Positions 40,165 through 55,189 are shown, counted from the first letter of the stretch. The stretch is DNA of 64,000 nt from Chrysomallon squamiferum (GCA_012295275.1 CM022670.1:124001-188000), one strand, 5' to 3'. Notes: generated from the sequence alone by a model not told the origin. Program-made: numbers and translations.

Positions 40165-40320
40165 ATACTCACTCATGGTGTACATGCTTATAGAATGATT
40201 GGTCAATGGATCAATCCTACTCAATGCTCCAGTGAGAATATTTCATGCTAAAGCCTGAACTATGTAACTGGTAGACAGTGATATGTTTTCCTGTTTGTAG
40301 AAAAATAATTGACTTGGTGT
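40165..40320 (+). mobile_element. Decayed tRNA-derived SINE-like copy
   Basis: ggatcaatcc B-box-like, then cagtgagaatatttc...gtgatatgttttcctgtttgtag, collinear with the other copies. Confidence 0.45.
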
Positions 40321-41999
40321 TAGATAACAGGCTTCAAGTATCTCTGGTCACAAAATCAGTCCTTGTTAAAATCAGTTCAAGTTAGAATATTTTCTGTTCT
40401 AGCCAATGCTCTTCAATTTATCCAAGGCTGTAGTGTTTTCCAGCCTGTGGGAAGAAGGTATGACAGGTTCCCTGCTGCAAACTGGTATAAGGCAGCCAAA
40501 GGTTTCCTCTCATTTTATCTACATATAAAATTGTACGATTCCAAATAACTTTCAATATTAAAATGTCTTGATGATTTGTTAGACATTCAGTTGTTTATAC
40601 AACAGATTACTGGACTTCCACTGGAAAGAATTGAACTGAGATCCTCAGTGTGAAAATCCAGTGCTCTACAAATGTGGCATATAACAAATCCACATTATTT
40701 ATTTCTGATTATTCTGATCTGTATCTATCACCACTATTCAAGTCTTCATTCTTTCATTGATTTTTCATTGATTTTATTCATTCTTTTTCTTATTTCATTC
40801 CTTCTTTCATTTTGCTTTTATAATAATCATTCATTCTTTCATCTACTCATTCATTCATTCATTCACTCACTAACTCTGACAGACTGTGTCTTACAGTACA
40901 CAATGTCGGTATTGGAGAAATGGATGAATGTTTAACACCTGCACAAAAAAAACACATCAGCTATTGGGTATCAAACAAAGTAAAATATAACAAAAAGGTG
41001 AATATTTTCTACATAAAAATTAGAAATTAAAATTAGTTAAAACATAGTATAAAGAGTTATATTTAAATTATATTTTGTAAAATTCTGTAACTGTCACAAA
41101 TATAAAAACAAAGTTCAGGAACTGGACAAAGTCAGCTATAAATTTTCATTTGCCCTGTCTCATACAATTGCACAGCGATATATTCTTTAAAAGCCTCACT
41201 GTTTCTGCTGCCAGGCAGATTTTATAAATTTAATGTGACAGGCCTCAGTGTGTCAGGGACTGATATAAATGTGTATTATCCATATTGATTGATGTTCATG
41301 TTATACAAGATTGTCTTACAATCATTTGGGGAAAAGGCAATATTGTTTTAATGTTACTAACGTAATAGTAATGTTAGGTAAAACGGCTTTTAATTTTGAA
41401 ATGGAATTTTTGAATGTGAATGGAATGAGATTATTAAAGTAATGTAATACAGTTATTATACACTATTCCCAGGCCTTTTTTTATTGAATTTTTGTAGTCT
41501 GGATCTGTGTTCAGAATTGTGTTTATTGTACAAATATATGCATGTGTGCAAGTGTGTGTATGTGTTTACTCATATAGGTGTGTATGTGTGCAGAGATGCA
41601 CAAGTGATTCCAAAAAAAAAAAAAAAAAAAAACCAATGCAACAACAATAATTCTTTTTGAATTCTTGAAGTTAACAATACTTTATTGCTGTGAAAAAGAG
41701 AAAAAAAAAATGCAGTCTTCCTTTTCAATCCCTATCTGTAGTGGTAACAACAATTATGATAATAATAATAAATTCCAGTCCCTCTTTAATTAGATAAAAT
41801 AAGATTTTAACATTTCAATAAATCTCTTAACTTGTTATTAATTTTTTTATTTTTTTTTTTACATTTGTATTTGTTAATTTAAAGGAAGAAAGAAGCCATT
41901 TTGAAGAGGTCTTGAAGTTAATTGATCTCTCTTTATTTTAATTTTTAATTTTTAATTTTTTTTTAAAGAAAAAGAGAAATTTCTTTCTTTTTAATTTTT

Positions 42000-42680
42000 G
42001 GGTGTGAGACTAAATAAACACGAGCATGCAATGAAGCCATTTTGAGGAGATTTGAAAGTAATTGATAAAAAACAATAACGGCAGGTGTTGTAATTGTGAT
42101 CTGACACCACATTATAAATTTGATGGATGAAGAACGAGCGACTCCTCCCTGCAACAAAGAAAAATCTTTGGAAATCGCGGCTCCTAACTTGATTGGACAA
42201 AGCATGCATGCACATCCTTTTAGCTGAAAATAAAGTCAGTCACGCCAAAACTTTATTTTGCCAAATGACAAGACGCAACCTGCACGTTTTGTTAGTCGCA
42301 ATTTCAATTGTAATTAAATCTCGTTATCCTCTCTGGATTAACATCACATGGATGGATGGACGGAACTTAATAACAACTCGTTTTATTAGGTGGCATGCGA
42401 TGATTCACGTTCATGGGCATGTTCCGAAGTGCTGAAATATTCATTTCGAAAGTGCAGTTTCGAGAAACAAACATATGCCGATTATTATGAATGGTCGGAG
42501 AGAGCCCGGGAAATCCCACTAACACACTAAGAGCGGCCCCCGGAAACACGACGGCTGGTCTCAGACAATAGTTTTTTTATTTTGATTATTTGAAGGTGAT
42601 AAATGGGAGAAGGTTTAGGTTGATAACAGGAGCCCATGACTCGTGGATTGTGTGACGACCTACTTGTGGTGACGAGTGAA
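42000..42680. promoter_or_regulatory. CpG-rich island; candidate promoter or enhancer
   Basis: Dense CG dinucleotides relative to the flanks; ATTGG (CCAAT box), two CCGGAA (ETS), GGAAATCCC (NF-kB-like), TGATGGAT, GCCATTTTG. Confidence 0.5.
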
Positions 42681-44154
42681 GAAAGATTTCTCTAACTAAA
42701 GATGTCTTCATTAGCCAGTTTAGTCCCCACTTTTCGTTCTTGAGACACTTCTCTAGCACAGATTTCTGACAGTTTGTCTGTCATTCCGTCAGCTAACACA
42801 GAAGATGAATGACACTTCTGTACAATGAATTTATAACAGCAGATGTAATTAGATTAGTAACAAAAATAGAAAATGATGTAGAAACAGCGTATAAAAATAC
42901 ATTATTGTCTTTTGGTTTATTGTTGATGTTTGTCAAATTATTATCATCATCATCATCATAATTACTGTCATTATCATTATCATCATCATTATTATCAGTT
43001 TTTAACAGTCACAGATAAATTCATCTGTATGGTTAGTTGCTTTTTATCATCATTATCATCATCATCATCACATTATTATTATTGTTGTTGTTGAAAAAAC
43101 AATGATGTACACAAAGTACACAATCATCATTACTATATTTCTATATTGTCATTAACATCATTATTGTTATTACAATTTCATCTTCTCAAATGCAGCAGTC
43201 TGGCTTTCATTATTTGTTTCTGTTGACACACAGTAAAACAGTATTCAACCTTTTCATGACTCACATTAAACACCTCCCTCTCTAACCCTGTCTTAACTCT
43301 AACTGTTTAACTGAGACAAATCAATGTATGATTTGAAACAAAACTCACAGCTGAGGTTAATATTATCACACCATTTTTTCAACACACAGGGTTTTTTTTT
43401 TCTTTAAAGATTATTGTTTTTAAGCAGTTTGACAATGGGAAGGATTTTATTTCTCATGAACGTTAATGAGGTCAGATAAAATTAATATAAAATCTCAATA
43501 AATTTCAGTCCTTTTTTCACAAAAGATCAAATCCAGGCAGAGTAAATTTTGATTTAAAACATTCTTTTCAATCCCGGAACACCGAATGTTAAATCTGGAA
43601 AATTAATGACAAAATGATTGCACAGAATCGCCATCACACTCTGAAATGTGTTCCTCTTAATGGTGTTTGGCTGAAAGACACACAGTGCAATTGTGTCCCC
43701 TGGACGAGCTCTTTGCCATTAAAAGTTGCATAAAGTCGAAAATCAACTGTCAAAAAGTTTAATAAAGAACCATGCCTCCTGGCTAACATTATGCTGCCTG
43801 ATTAATCTGTTTTCTTGTTACTGTCCCGCCATATTCTTTTGGCTAATTAGCAACACCGTGGTGCATCTGGTTCAAATGGCCGTAGCAACAATGGAAATAA
43901 TCAGGCACATTTCTAATCCTGTTAGCTTCACAAATATTTTTGAGATTATTTTTAAAGATTATTTTCTTAATTCCTGCACATTCACACCATTGATAGGCAA
44001 GCGAAAATGATTGACACAGATATCTTTTTTTTTTTTTTTTTTTTTTCTTTCCCCTTTGGCTGAAATTATTGACGATTTATTTCTGTCAAAATTATCATTT
44101 TGTTTTTATATTTTTAATCTAAATGATAAACATAGTGAATGGATATGGATCAAG

Positions 44155-44320
44155 TAACAGCTCAGTTGATGGAGCACTGACATGAAAAGTTGTCTTTTGG
44201 AATATTTTCCCATTCCAATCACTTCAAGGTATATTGAGTTTTATATCTATTATACTGACTATTGGAATCAGAAATTAAAAATCCTTTCTTGTTAATCAAG
44301 AAGACTAACCTCTGGTTATT
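44155..44320 (+). mobile_element. Decayed tRNA-derived SINE-like copy with internal deletion
   Basis: agctcagttgatggagcac A-box head, core ttttcccattccaatc, tail atcctttcttgttaatc. Confidence 0.55.
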
Positions 44321-45165
44321 ATCAGAATTTTCTATAATCTGTAATGCCACAAGACTAAACATGGCTGAATTTAGTAGGAGGAGGGCAAATAGTATGTGTA
44401 TATCCTATCTGTATAATAAAAGATTTTTTTTTTTTTTTTTTATCAAATGTTTGTATATTTAAAAATGGTTATCATGTATTATGCAAAGTATTATTTTAGA
44501 AGAAAGTTAAAAAAAAAAAAGAAATATACTGTAATGCATATAAAACAAAGTTTATGAAAAGTATTGTTATGTGTTTAAGAAAGTTTGTATGAAATGTTTA
44601 TTGCAGGAATGAAAATTGAAGCAAATTCACTTTGATTTTAACACTAGCTATTTATGTAATTAAAATATAAAATTATGATAACACTGACTAAAATTTTCTG
44701 AACTTAAAGATACTATATTACAATATTTCTGTATTATTGTGATAATCACTGATCATGTCCTTGGATTACTGAGATAATTATAGACTACTCTGATGATCTC
44801 GGTTACAGAAATACAAATTACTTTTATAAACTGGAGAAACGTGATAACTGTAGGGACTATGAGCTTAAATAAATTGCCTTATATCATTACATCCCTTGTT
44901 CTGAACTTTTTTTTTTTTTTTTTATTTTTCATTTTACTCTGTTTCTAGGTCCAGTGAAAAACCAATCTACATTAAGTTTAGTTTTAATGATTCAGATTTG
45001 GGCCTGAAATTCTGATCAGTTTCAGTACATAAAATATGTATAAGACCAAAATTCACTGATTGATGTGTCATGGACATTTTGTTTTATGGGATACCATGGT
45101 GATTAGAAATTAACATTCAAGAGATTCAGACATGTTAATTTAGTTTTCTTTTCTTTTCTTTCTTT

Positions 45166-45211
<46 letters not shown>

Positions 45212-46051
45212 CAACAACAAAAATGCAAAAGTAACGTCCAAAACATTTCTTTGCATCTAAATGGAAAATTTCCCCCCAGTTATTTAGTGGAAAGATTGTG
45301 AGAAGATGACATCTGGTTTCTGATTCATAAAACACAAAATGAAGTAGAGATGAGTTTATAAACTTGTATCTGATCACTGGCCCATTAGAGTCAGAAATAA
45401 CATTAAAAAACAATCAGTCATCAAAACACTGAGAACACTGGCAGAACGGGAAAAAATGAGTTGTAAAACTGAAACAATGCATGAATAATGTGATTTTGAA
45501 AAGATGGTTTGATGTCAGAACACTGGTTTTTTGATTGATATCGTTTATCAAAATGTGCAGAGTAATTTTATTAATGTTCTGTACAGTGTAATCAATCATT
45601 TTGTTGTTAATGTCCAAAAAAAATTAAAAAATCAAAACTCTGATAGAGATAGCTAATTAAGTTATACAACAATAAAATCTCCATTTTGCTTTTCCTGAAT
45701 CGATTCATGAGACAAAACAAATGAATCAAATTTGACTTCTGTTCTGAAATCTGTTTTTCATAGTTGTCTAAACTATGCAGTATTAGAGGTTAATATGTAA
45801 AAGATGAAATAAATCTACAGACTTCATTCTGTTTTGATAACAGCTAATTATTTTCAGTAATGCAATGATAATTTCGTCTGTATTAACTTAGTTATTAATT
45901 AAAACAGGTTTAAGCTGTTTTGTGTCAGTGTAAGTATGACTGGGTATTTTTAATGAGTGAATATCTTGTAGTATTCCATTCTTGTAAAACAACGTGTTTT
46001 AATCACATATGGTTTAATAACTGACACATTTCAGAAATGACTAGTTAGAGG

Positions 46052-46083
<32 letters not shown>

Positions 46084-46154
46084 CATGTATGCATACATAC
46101 GTACATACATACATTCATACATGCATACATACATACATACATACATATACATAC
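46052..46154. repeat. (CATA)n microsatellite
   Basis: Seen directly. Confidence 0.93.
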
Positions 46155-46362
46155 AAACACACACAACAAAATAAGCTTAATTGCACATGAGCAGAAACAG
46201 TAAATATCACTTGAGTACATTGGCTGTTATTACCAGGCTTCATTACAGAATGTTGAGCTGTATAATATTTCCATGTTAGGGAACAAGGTCATATCTTCAA
46301 TATCAAATTTATAATGTTTTATTACACACTATCCTGGGATGGACTTTTCATGAGCATCACTC

Positions 46363-46723
46363 CATGTAACAGGCTAGACTTTTTGATGTACTTGACTACA
46401 TGTAACAGGCTATACTTTTTGATGTACTTGGCTACATGTAACAGGCTAGACTTTTTGATGTACTTGGCTACATGTAACAGGCTAGACTTTTTGATATACT
46501 TGGCTACATGTAACAGGCTAGACTTTTTGATATACTTGGCTACATGTAACAGGCTATACTTTTTGATGTACTTGGCAACATGTAACAAGCTGTACTTTTT
46601 GATGTACTTGGCTACATGTAACAGGCAAGACTTTTTGATGTACCTGACTACATGTAACAGGCTATACTTTTTGATGTACTTGGCTACATGTAACAGGCTA
46701 GACTTTTTGATGTACTTTGCTAT
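46363..46723. repeat. 36-bp minisatellite, 10 copies (CATGTAACAGGCTAGACTTTTTGATGTACTTGGCTA)
   Basis: Exact 36-nt period; explains the 12-aa periodic ORFs on both strands. Confidence 0.97.
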
Positions 46724-48587
46724 GTGTATTGAATTCTACATCCTTCCTCACTGGCTTAACACCAAGAGAGGTTTGATATTTCTTGTACTTAACTACATGT
46801 GCTGACTGAAACCTGACAAGTGTGGCTTGCTTGACTTCCATGTGTATTTAACTCCACATAACAGACGTGTATCCTTACAGTTTCAAACAACAAAACTACA
46901 AGAGATTGATTAGTTTATTTCTGTTTGACAATATCCTTAACTTTAAAATATTTCATTACTTATTAATTGTAAATAACAACTTTTTGGACCAAAAAAATAC
47001 TGCACGCCATTTTGTTTTATTTCCAATTTTAATCGATAATGATTTATTTATAAAACAAAAATGAAAACAAATTTTTTTCATTGATTTTGTAAAGTTTGTA
47101 TAAATTGAAATCTAAATGTGCTTAGTTTTTTATCTTTTTTTTTTTTAAATTCTTTTTTTTCAAATCAAAATTTATTTTAAAAAAACCTGATTCAAATGAA
47201 AATTATACCATCATTTCAACAATTTATTTGTTTTCTTTTCTACCTCATTTTATATATCTTTTTTTTTTCTTTCCTCACCATTTCATTAATTTTTTTTTTT
47301 TTTCTATTTTTTTTTTTTTTTAAATTGTGTCAGCCATGATCTTGTGGAAATATTATTTTTGCTGTCCCTGTGGAATATGAACATATCAATCTTCTCCAGT
47401 TTGATATGAAGGGTTCAAATCATGTTAACCATTTTCATTGTCACCTAATTGCAGAATGCAGTCCATGTTTACACAGAAGAAATCTTTTATGAGATATTTT
47501 GTTATTTATTTTACTTTTTATTTCATTTCAATATTCTGTCTTATTTCCCCAAAGGTTCATGCCATGGGGTGTGTTACTGCATCTAAATGACATTTGCTCT
47601 GGGATTATGCATTTTGAGGTGGTTTTTTATTTTCAGATATTTAAATTATTGTTGTTGTTATTATTTTATTATTACTGTTTTATTTATTTATTTAATTGCT
47701 TATTTAATATTATTTATTTATTTATTTATTTAATTCTGGACAGTGACAGTCAATATTCAAATCACGTGAAATGCAACTCAATAACCGTACATGTCAGTGA
47801 GAAAATTTTAAAATTATTTCTCTTTGAAATTCTACTTTTTACCTGCAATTTTCCTTTTTATTATCACCTGCAGTGACACATACAGGTAAACACTGATCAA
47901 ATCTGTTCAAGTATATTTTAACAACACCTGCACTTAGAACCTTTTTTATTCTCTCTTTCTGTGTGGTCAGATTCTTCACGACTGATTTCGTGGTTGGATT
48001 GCATTGTCATGGTTGATTTAACAGCTTTTTCCAGGTGAATCCTTTCAGACAAAGGTTGTCATGCTTCATTAGACCGTAGACAAACATGTCTTTTTCACAA
48101 TGACATCAGTCAAAGTTAATTCTTGGGAAAATATTTTTATTTTTAATTTTTTTAATTTTCTACTGACAAAAGGACATTCAGCTGAAAATTTACCTTTTGA
48201 CAAGAAATTGTTTGATAATGATAGCATTTAAGTTGTAGTTTCTAAATTCTTGAAGTTGTAGGAAAATAATAATAAGCTTTATACTTTTATTGTTAATAAT
48301 CACAGATTCATTATTACTACAGGTTCCATGCTGTTATTATGTATTATATAATTACTACTACTACTACTATGACTACTATTACCACTGCTACTACTAGTGT
48401 TAGTTTTATATTTGTTATTATTATTGTAATTGTTGTTGTTGTTGTTGTTATATTCTTTGTTATATATACAATCATCCCTTGGCTGGTATGATAATAACTT
48501 GTTTTCTTAATGGACAAGTATTATAAAAACTCTCTTGATACTACTCTTTGGTATGAATAAATTCTAGGTTTTCTTTCCTTCATTTAT

Positions 48588-48975
48588 TAGTAATAGTAGT
48601 GGCAGTAGTGGTAGTAGAAATAGTTGTAGCGGTTGAAACAATAGTACTGTAGTAATAGTAGTTGTAATAAAAGTAGTAGCTGTAGTAGGAATGGTACTGA
48701 TAATAGTAATATTGGTTGTAGCAATAGTAGTGGTTGTAGTTGTTGTGATTGTTGTATTTGTGATAGTAGTAGCAATAGTAGTGGTTGTAGTTGTGATTGT
48801 TGTATTTGTGATAGTAGTAGCAATAGTATTGTTGTGATAGTAATATTAGTAAAAATGATATTGTTGGTAGCTGAAGAGTAGAAACAATAGCTCTAGTAGT
48901 AGTAAAACATTGTAATACTGTAAGAAGTAGTTTTAGTAACCTGAAGTAGTAGTAAAGGCAGTAGTCAGTAGTAAT
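48588..48975. repeat. Degenerate (TAG/TTG)n tract with an internal ~50-bp duplication
   Basis: tagcaatagtagtggttgtagttg...gattgttgtatttgtgatagtag occurs twice. Confidence 0.8.
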
Positions 48976-49381
48976 TGTATCTGTTTAGTAACAAAAACAT
49001 GCTTTGCTTTACAGATAAACGCATTTAATAAATCAACACTGATTAGAATAGAAAAAACAGTGAGTACATCAAATGCACACCCCAGGGAAATACTTCTGAG
49101 CTATAGCCATCTCCAGTAACATGTTAGAATTAAAGTTAAGTAATTATGAATAACAAAGTAAATATTGATATTTGAAACAGTGTGTTTTGTACTAATCTGA
49201 AACTGTACCAGTTATTACTGAGGTAAGGCAGTACTGATGTATTGATACATTGTAGTTACTTATTGATACAATGTAATTACTTAAACTTCATCGCATAATT
49301 ATGAATAATTGAACAGGTTTAATAAAGCCAAAAACAAAATCATTACAATGTATATTGTATACTCTATGGTTTACTTGTATA

Positions 49382-49421
<40 letters not shown>

Positions 49422-50169
49422 TTAAAATTGTATGTCCATCTTGCAAGAAGCAAATGGCTTTAATTATTAAACTTTAAAAATTCAAAATAAATAAATAAAT
49501 AAAGCCAAGGAGAAACACTGCTAATAAATAAAGGTTATAAAAGCTAAAATAATTATTTGCAATTCAAAAATAAATAAACAAATAAAAATTAAATTTAAAT
49601 TCGGGATTAAATAAATAGGTAAAAACATTTTTTACAGATCTAAAAAAGATAAAAATGAATTTTTGCAATTGAAATATAATTTTATATAAAAAAAATATTT
49701 TAAAAAAAAACAAAAAAAAACTAAATATGTTTCAAAATTAATAAATAAAAGTGCAGTAACAATAGTAATTTAATTTATTGCACAGTGTGTGTCACACCAT
49801 CTCATGCATGCACAAAGCTTATTAAAATTTTAACACAAAAAAGAGATTTAAAAATGCTGCCTAACAAAAATTTGTTAAAAGGGCAAAGACAATACAAAGA
49901 CAATACAAAGACAATGAACACACATGACGTGCATGAGAATTAATTTACTGAAAAATGTCAGACAACGGCAGGCAATGTTATCTGCTTAGGATGACGATGA
50001 TAGAGCAATGATGTAGCTTGTAAAAATTAAAATTAAAAGATGTTACTGAACAGTCTGAAAAAGTGATGACCTTAATATTTAATGTTTTGTTTTTGTAATA
50101 GTAACTTTCTTCTTCTTCATTTTTTAATGTTCAGTCTTAAAAATTTATTTTTATTGTTTTCTTTATTTC

Positions 50170-50229
<60 letters not shown>

Positions 50230-50683
50230 ATGTTGTTTTTTTTGGAAACAAAAATATATAAATAATTAATGAATAAAACTGTAAAATAATGCATTAAAAT
50301 AAAAATATAAAAAAAGAACTAAATTATATAACAGCCAAAACATAACTGTTTTAATTATATTATTGAAAGAATAAATATATAACAAAATTGTTCTTCATTA
50401 AAGAAAATAATCAGGTGATATGGCATTATAAAGATATCAATTTTCTTCTGATGTTATAAATAAGTCCTAAATGATTATATATTTATTGTCTTGTAACTAT
50501 ATCCTAAGTAGACCGCCACATTATTATGATATTTTTAGAATACTGATACTTTTCTCAAAATTGTCTCTCCCTGTAACAAATGAACTATTCAGAATGAGCC
50601 TATTGATTACTTTGCTGTTTTTAAACTGTACATGACTGAATGCTTCAGTAAGACAAACATAGTGTAGCTTCTCAAGAGTTATC

Positions 50684-50770
50684 AGTAGTCCAGTGGTTAG
50701 AGTGCAGGGTATACTGTGTAAATCATGGGATCAGGTCTCTTCAGTATACAGTTTCCCATCCAACCATTTT
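50684..50770 (+). mobile_element. SINE-like tRNA head fragment
   Basis: tagtccagtggttagagtgc (A-box), gggatcaggtc (B-box-like), tttcccatccaacc core. Confidence 0.5.
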
Positions 50771-53700
50771 AAAAAATAATTTTTATTAAAGTTTTGAAAT
50801 TCTGTTATAATATAGATTCAGTTCCAATATTTTAAAGACATTAATTATAAATTTCACTTAAAAACTTTATTATTTTTAATTGTCCATAATTACAAATCAA
50901 CAAATGTCAAAAAATGAGTTCTGTTGTTTACTAGAAATTTCTTCTGTTTTGAAGTGCATAAACACACAAACTGATTTTAAATGCACAAAGATTTAACAAA
51001 TGTATGCACATGCATGAACATTCATTTTGGTTATTTCAATGATATTAAAATCGTCTTGCCTGAAGTTGTAAATTAAAAAAAAAAAAAAAAAAGATTTTTA
51101 TTACAAAATAAATTTATTTTAATGTTGGAGGTGGTCGTCATTGTAATAATTAATATGTAAATATGTACAGACGAAATTTCTAATTGTTTGGTTAACTCCT
51201 CTGCATAAAATTACTGGTGTAGAACAGGACATGATAACACATACAAAAGCAGAGAGAGGAGTAAACATACACACAGACCTTATTATATATATATGAAGTT
51301 AAGAGATGTCATGATGAAGAGAGAGAGAGAGAGATTACAAGGATAGAGCTATAATGATTAAAGAATTTATTCACTGAAATAATATTTTGAGAGTCTGTGT
51401 GTATATGAGTGTGTGTGTCTGTGTGTGTATGAGTGTGTGTGTCTGTGTGTGTATGAGTGTCTGTGTGTGTATGTTTGTGTGTGTGTGTGTTAGTGTGTGT
51501 GCTTAGTAAGGTAAGACAGTCTCACTGGTGTAGAAATGTGGAAGTAATTTATGTCACAGAGAAATAACACTGAGTACATGCATAATGGAAATAACCAACC
51601 ATGTCCAGACTATGGTGATAGATTACATAACAACAATTAGGCAAGTGAGAAATACACTGGGTGATCTATGGCCATCCTTCACCACATGGCATCTGCCCTT
51701 GGTAGTCTGTCACCCATCCCTGTTATCACTCCCTGGGGTACCATCAGCTTCTTGACAGATGCTTCTATGCAGGCAAGAGATAACTAGCCACATTTCTTAC
51801 AGAATTAGTCAGATGTTAATATACTTAGCAAGTATGTAATAACGTGGTTATCTCACAGTGCAGTAAGGTTACATAAAACTTGAAATATTGTCAGTTTATG
51901 ATGCAGTACATGGTATATCCTGGGAATCCTTAAAATAACCAACTATTCAAATGATTTTGTTCATTTCTATGTCAGTTTGTTCAGTGTTGTACATTAGAAA
52001 ACAAAACTAAACAAAACAAGAAAACAGTAAAAAATCAACAACAAAAAATCAAACAAACAAACCCAACAAGAGTATAAGGTAAAGAAGATAAGTAGAGAAA
52101 TAAATTAATTTTCATTTTCATTCTAGGATACTGAGACTCAAGGAATAACTTCTGTATTTATTTTCTATTTCATTATATAATAGTTGTCTTTTCTTTAGTT
52201 TTTTTGTTTTTGTTTTTGTTAACTTTATTTAATACCTCAACATTACATAAATTAATATTTTTTCAGAAAGTATAATGAGGTATCATATATGTTAAGATCT
52301 GAATTTTTTTTTAAAAACTTGTACTGAAACAGTTAATTATGATATAAATAATGTTGGAGTACTTTCAACCTTTGCTATTTTTTATATTTTTTTTTTCTTT
52401 CTTCTTTTAATTTTTTTATAATTAGTGTCTCAGACATTTGCCTGAATATCTGCATTTTTACAAAATCTTCAGATATTTTGGGCCATGGGGAGAGGTATTT
52501 GTTTCCTCTTTAGAACTGAATCTGTGACAATTCAAGCATTTGGATGTGATTAAACGCAGATCCTGGTTTGCATGACTGATGTCTTTAACTGCGTAATGGT
52601 TTTCACAGCACAACATGCTACTGTTACACAAAATACCATTGTTTTCTGTCTGCTGTAAGACTGTGAACATATCAAATGGATGTGAAGAGATACAACGTAT
52701 ACAGAGTGAAAGAAAAATACAGAGAAAGATAGAGAAAAAAAGAGAGAGAAATGGAGGGAAGAATGGAGAGAAAGCTAGAAATGAATAAAGATATAATATG
52801 ATTTTTGCTATATTAAAGTAATAGTTTGGCATATCAGTTTTATATTAAAATAATGTGTTTAAATCAAGCAGATTTAACATAGTGTCTGTTGTTGTTTACA
52901 TTTAATTTCTCACTCACACATACATACATGTAGAAAAACACAAACCTTTGACATACACACCTCTGTGTCTAGTGTGTGTCTACCTACACTAGTCACCCTT
53001 GTCACACTCATCACCCACCCCCCACTCAACCCCCACACAAACACACACACGCATACACCCACATAGATATGTTCTGAAAACAGAGCATCATCATATTTGA
53101 GATTAATTGAAATCACAAATTAAATTATTAATTCATCAGAATTTCCATGCTAATAATAAAACTCCCATTGGTTATTCCATAAGTAATTACTTCAGCTGAT
53201 GGCTTATGTCAAATGGAGACAGCCAGACATATTTATTAAATAGAGACTTTCTCCAGTATATATTTGATGTATTGGATTCTGTTTCTCTAACATACAGATC
53301 AGTAATTACCATCATCTCTTTGGCATTTTAAAAACTCATCTAGGTTTATAATGTACATTTCTTTCGACATTGTTCCTTAATGGCTGACTGTCTTGTGTAT
53401 TGTCAAAAACACATCTAGAACAGAGAAAAGTGTTTATTAATTTCACTTTTCACTGTATCCTTTGTATCAGTCTTTCTATACCAACTGATTAAAAATACTA
53501 ATTATCATTTCTACAGGATCATCTATTTTTAGTAGTTCTAGAATGTTATAGGCTTTTTTAATATTATTTTTAATACTCTGTTTTGTATTTTGAAAATGAC
53601 AACATTTTTTTGAGTAATATATAAATATTATTTCAGAATGAACCAACACACATTAATTACCTATTGATTTTCCTACTGTTGTTATAAGAGTATACTGTGG

Positions 53701-54589
53701 GGTTTTATGTGTATACATATATATATATATACATGTGTGTGTATTTGTACATTTCTTTTTTCTGTTGTTTTAAAACATGGATTACATTTCTTCAGTACAT
53801 ACATATTTTAATCTATAACAATATTAAACAATTATAATAACTCTGAAATTGTCTGTGCTGCAGTTTTTATTATCAGAATTCATTTTATGTGCATTTTTCC
53901 TATTAAATATATTTCATTCTGATCATATATATCAATTCTCTGTATCTGTTTTTGTTTTGTTTTTTATATATTCTTTTGGTTTATAACTTTACATATATAT
54001 ATATTTTAAATATTTATTTCATAATATATAAACAATTTTCTGCACACATATTATGACTGTATTATTAATCTCTCTATTCAACAATTATGCACCTGAGTGT
54101 ACATATATTTTCAAGCAACTTTTTCTATTCTTCTTAACTGGGGATAGATATTTTTTTACCCTCTTCTTCTTATTCCATATTTCCACTGTCAAAAGAAAAC
54201 AGCCTGCACTGATGAACAGAAGTGAATTCCAGAAGCAGTGCTGTAGTAATAATTGTTGCTTTCTCATTCTGGGCATGTTTTGACTCAAGCGTAACCCATG
54301 GCTTCATTTGGTTTGATTATGCACCCCTTTGGTCTCAAGTGGCTGGCCAAGCAGAAGAATGTGAACTGACAGTTGCTGCTTATTGGAATTTGATTCTTGA
54401 GTGCTTGCTTGAATGCGTAAGTAGTGATCTGTAAATACCCAGTTCATGCTACCTGAGAAAGGACTCTGAGGAATTTGGTGTCTGTGTGGTAATGTTAAGA
54501 AAAGCAGATTTACTTCATCATATCTCTGTTATACAAGATGACATCTAGAAACTATCGATGACAAAATCTCATCAGGTATTGTTCAAAAT

Positions 54590-54700
54590 TCATCTATTCA
54601 TTCCCATAGACAGGAAAGAACTACCTCGGCACACTGGTTAGAATGGGATATAGCTCACTGGTCACCCACCATAGGGAGGATTGATGCTTTCAAAGCTTAG
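54590..54700 (-). mobile_element. Decayed SINE-like copy, reverse orientation
   Basis: Reverse complement reads atcaatcctccc...cagtgagctatatcccattctaaccagtg...tcctgtctatgggaatg, matching the shared core. Confidence 0.55.
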
Positions 54701-55033
54701 GAAATGATGAGCTTTGAAATCTGATTATGTAGTTTAAGTAAATACAAATAATAAGTTAATAAAATGAAATAAATTATAAGGCACACAAAAAGACCACAAT
54801 TTTATAAATTACACATTTTAATTATTAACGTGCACCACAATGGACATTAATTATGATAATACATAATTATCACCATTATTGTCTGAATCGTGTTTACCCT
54901 GAAGCCATTGATTCTCTGACATACTGGCTTCGGAGTGTTAATGGTTTTCCACTGTATTTCTATATTTGTTCCCTAACGATTTTGTTGCTAAGGTAATTAA
55001 TATGGGACCTGTCAGTGTTTCCGTCTCAGAGGG

Positions 55034-55112
55034 CTTTGTGTGTTTGATGGATTAATTTGAATTAATGAACAGGTCATTATATACAAGATAAATATTTAAC
55101 ACCAAGGACAAA
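55034..55112. promoter_or_regulatory. Candidate enhancer module, copy 1 (Sox CTTTGT, Pbx/Hox TGATGGAT, GGATTA, TAAT-N4-ATTA)
   Basis: Near-identical core repeated 685 bp downstream. Confidence 0.45.
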
Positions 55113-55189
55113 GTTGGTAGATGTAATTGTTTGACATGTCAACACGGTTGGTTTGAAACTAAAATAATTTTTAGTTATGACAAAGAGAG

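Noticed and set aside
46314-46805. 163-aa ORF with 12-aa repeats; superficially CRISPR-like array
   Set aside because: Pure 36-bp tandem repeat without spacers, in a eukaryotic context.
48587-48823. Leu/Gln-rich ORF
   Set aside because: Translation of a degenerate trinucleotide repeat.
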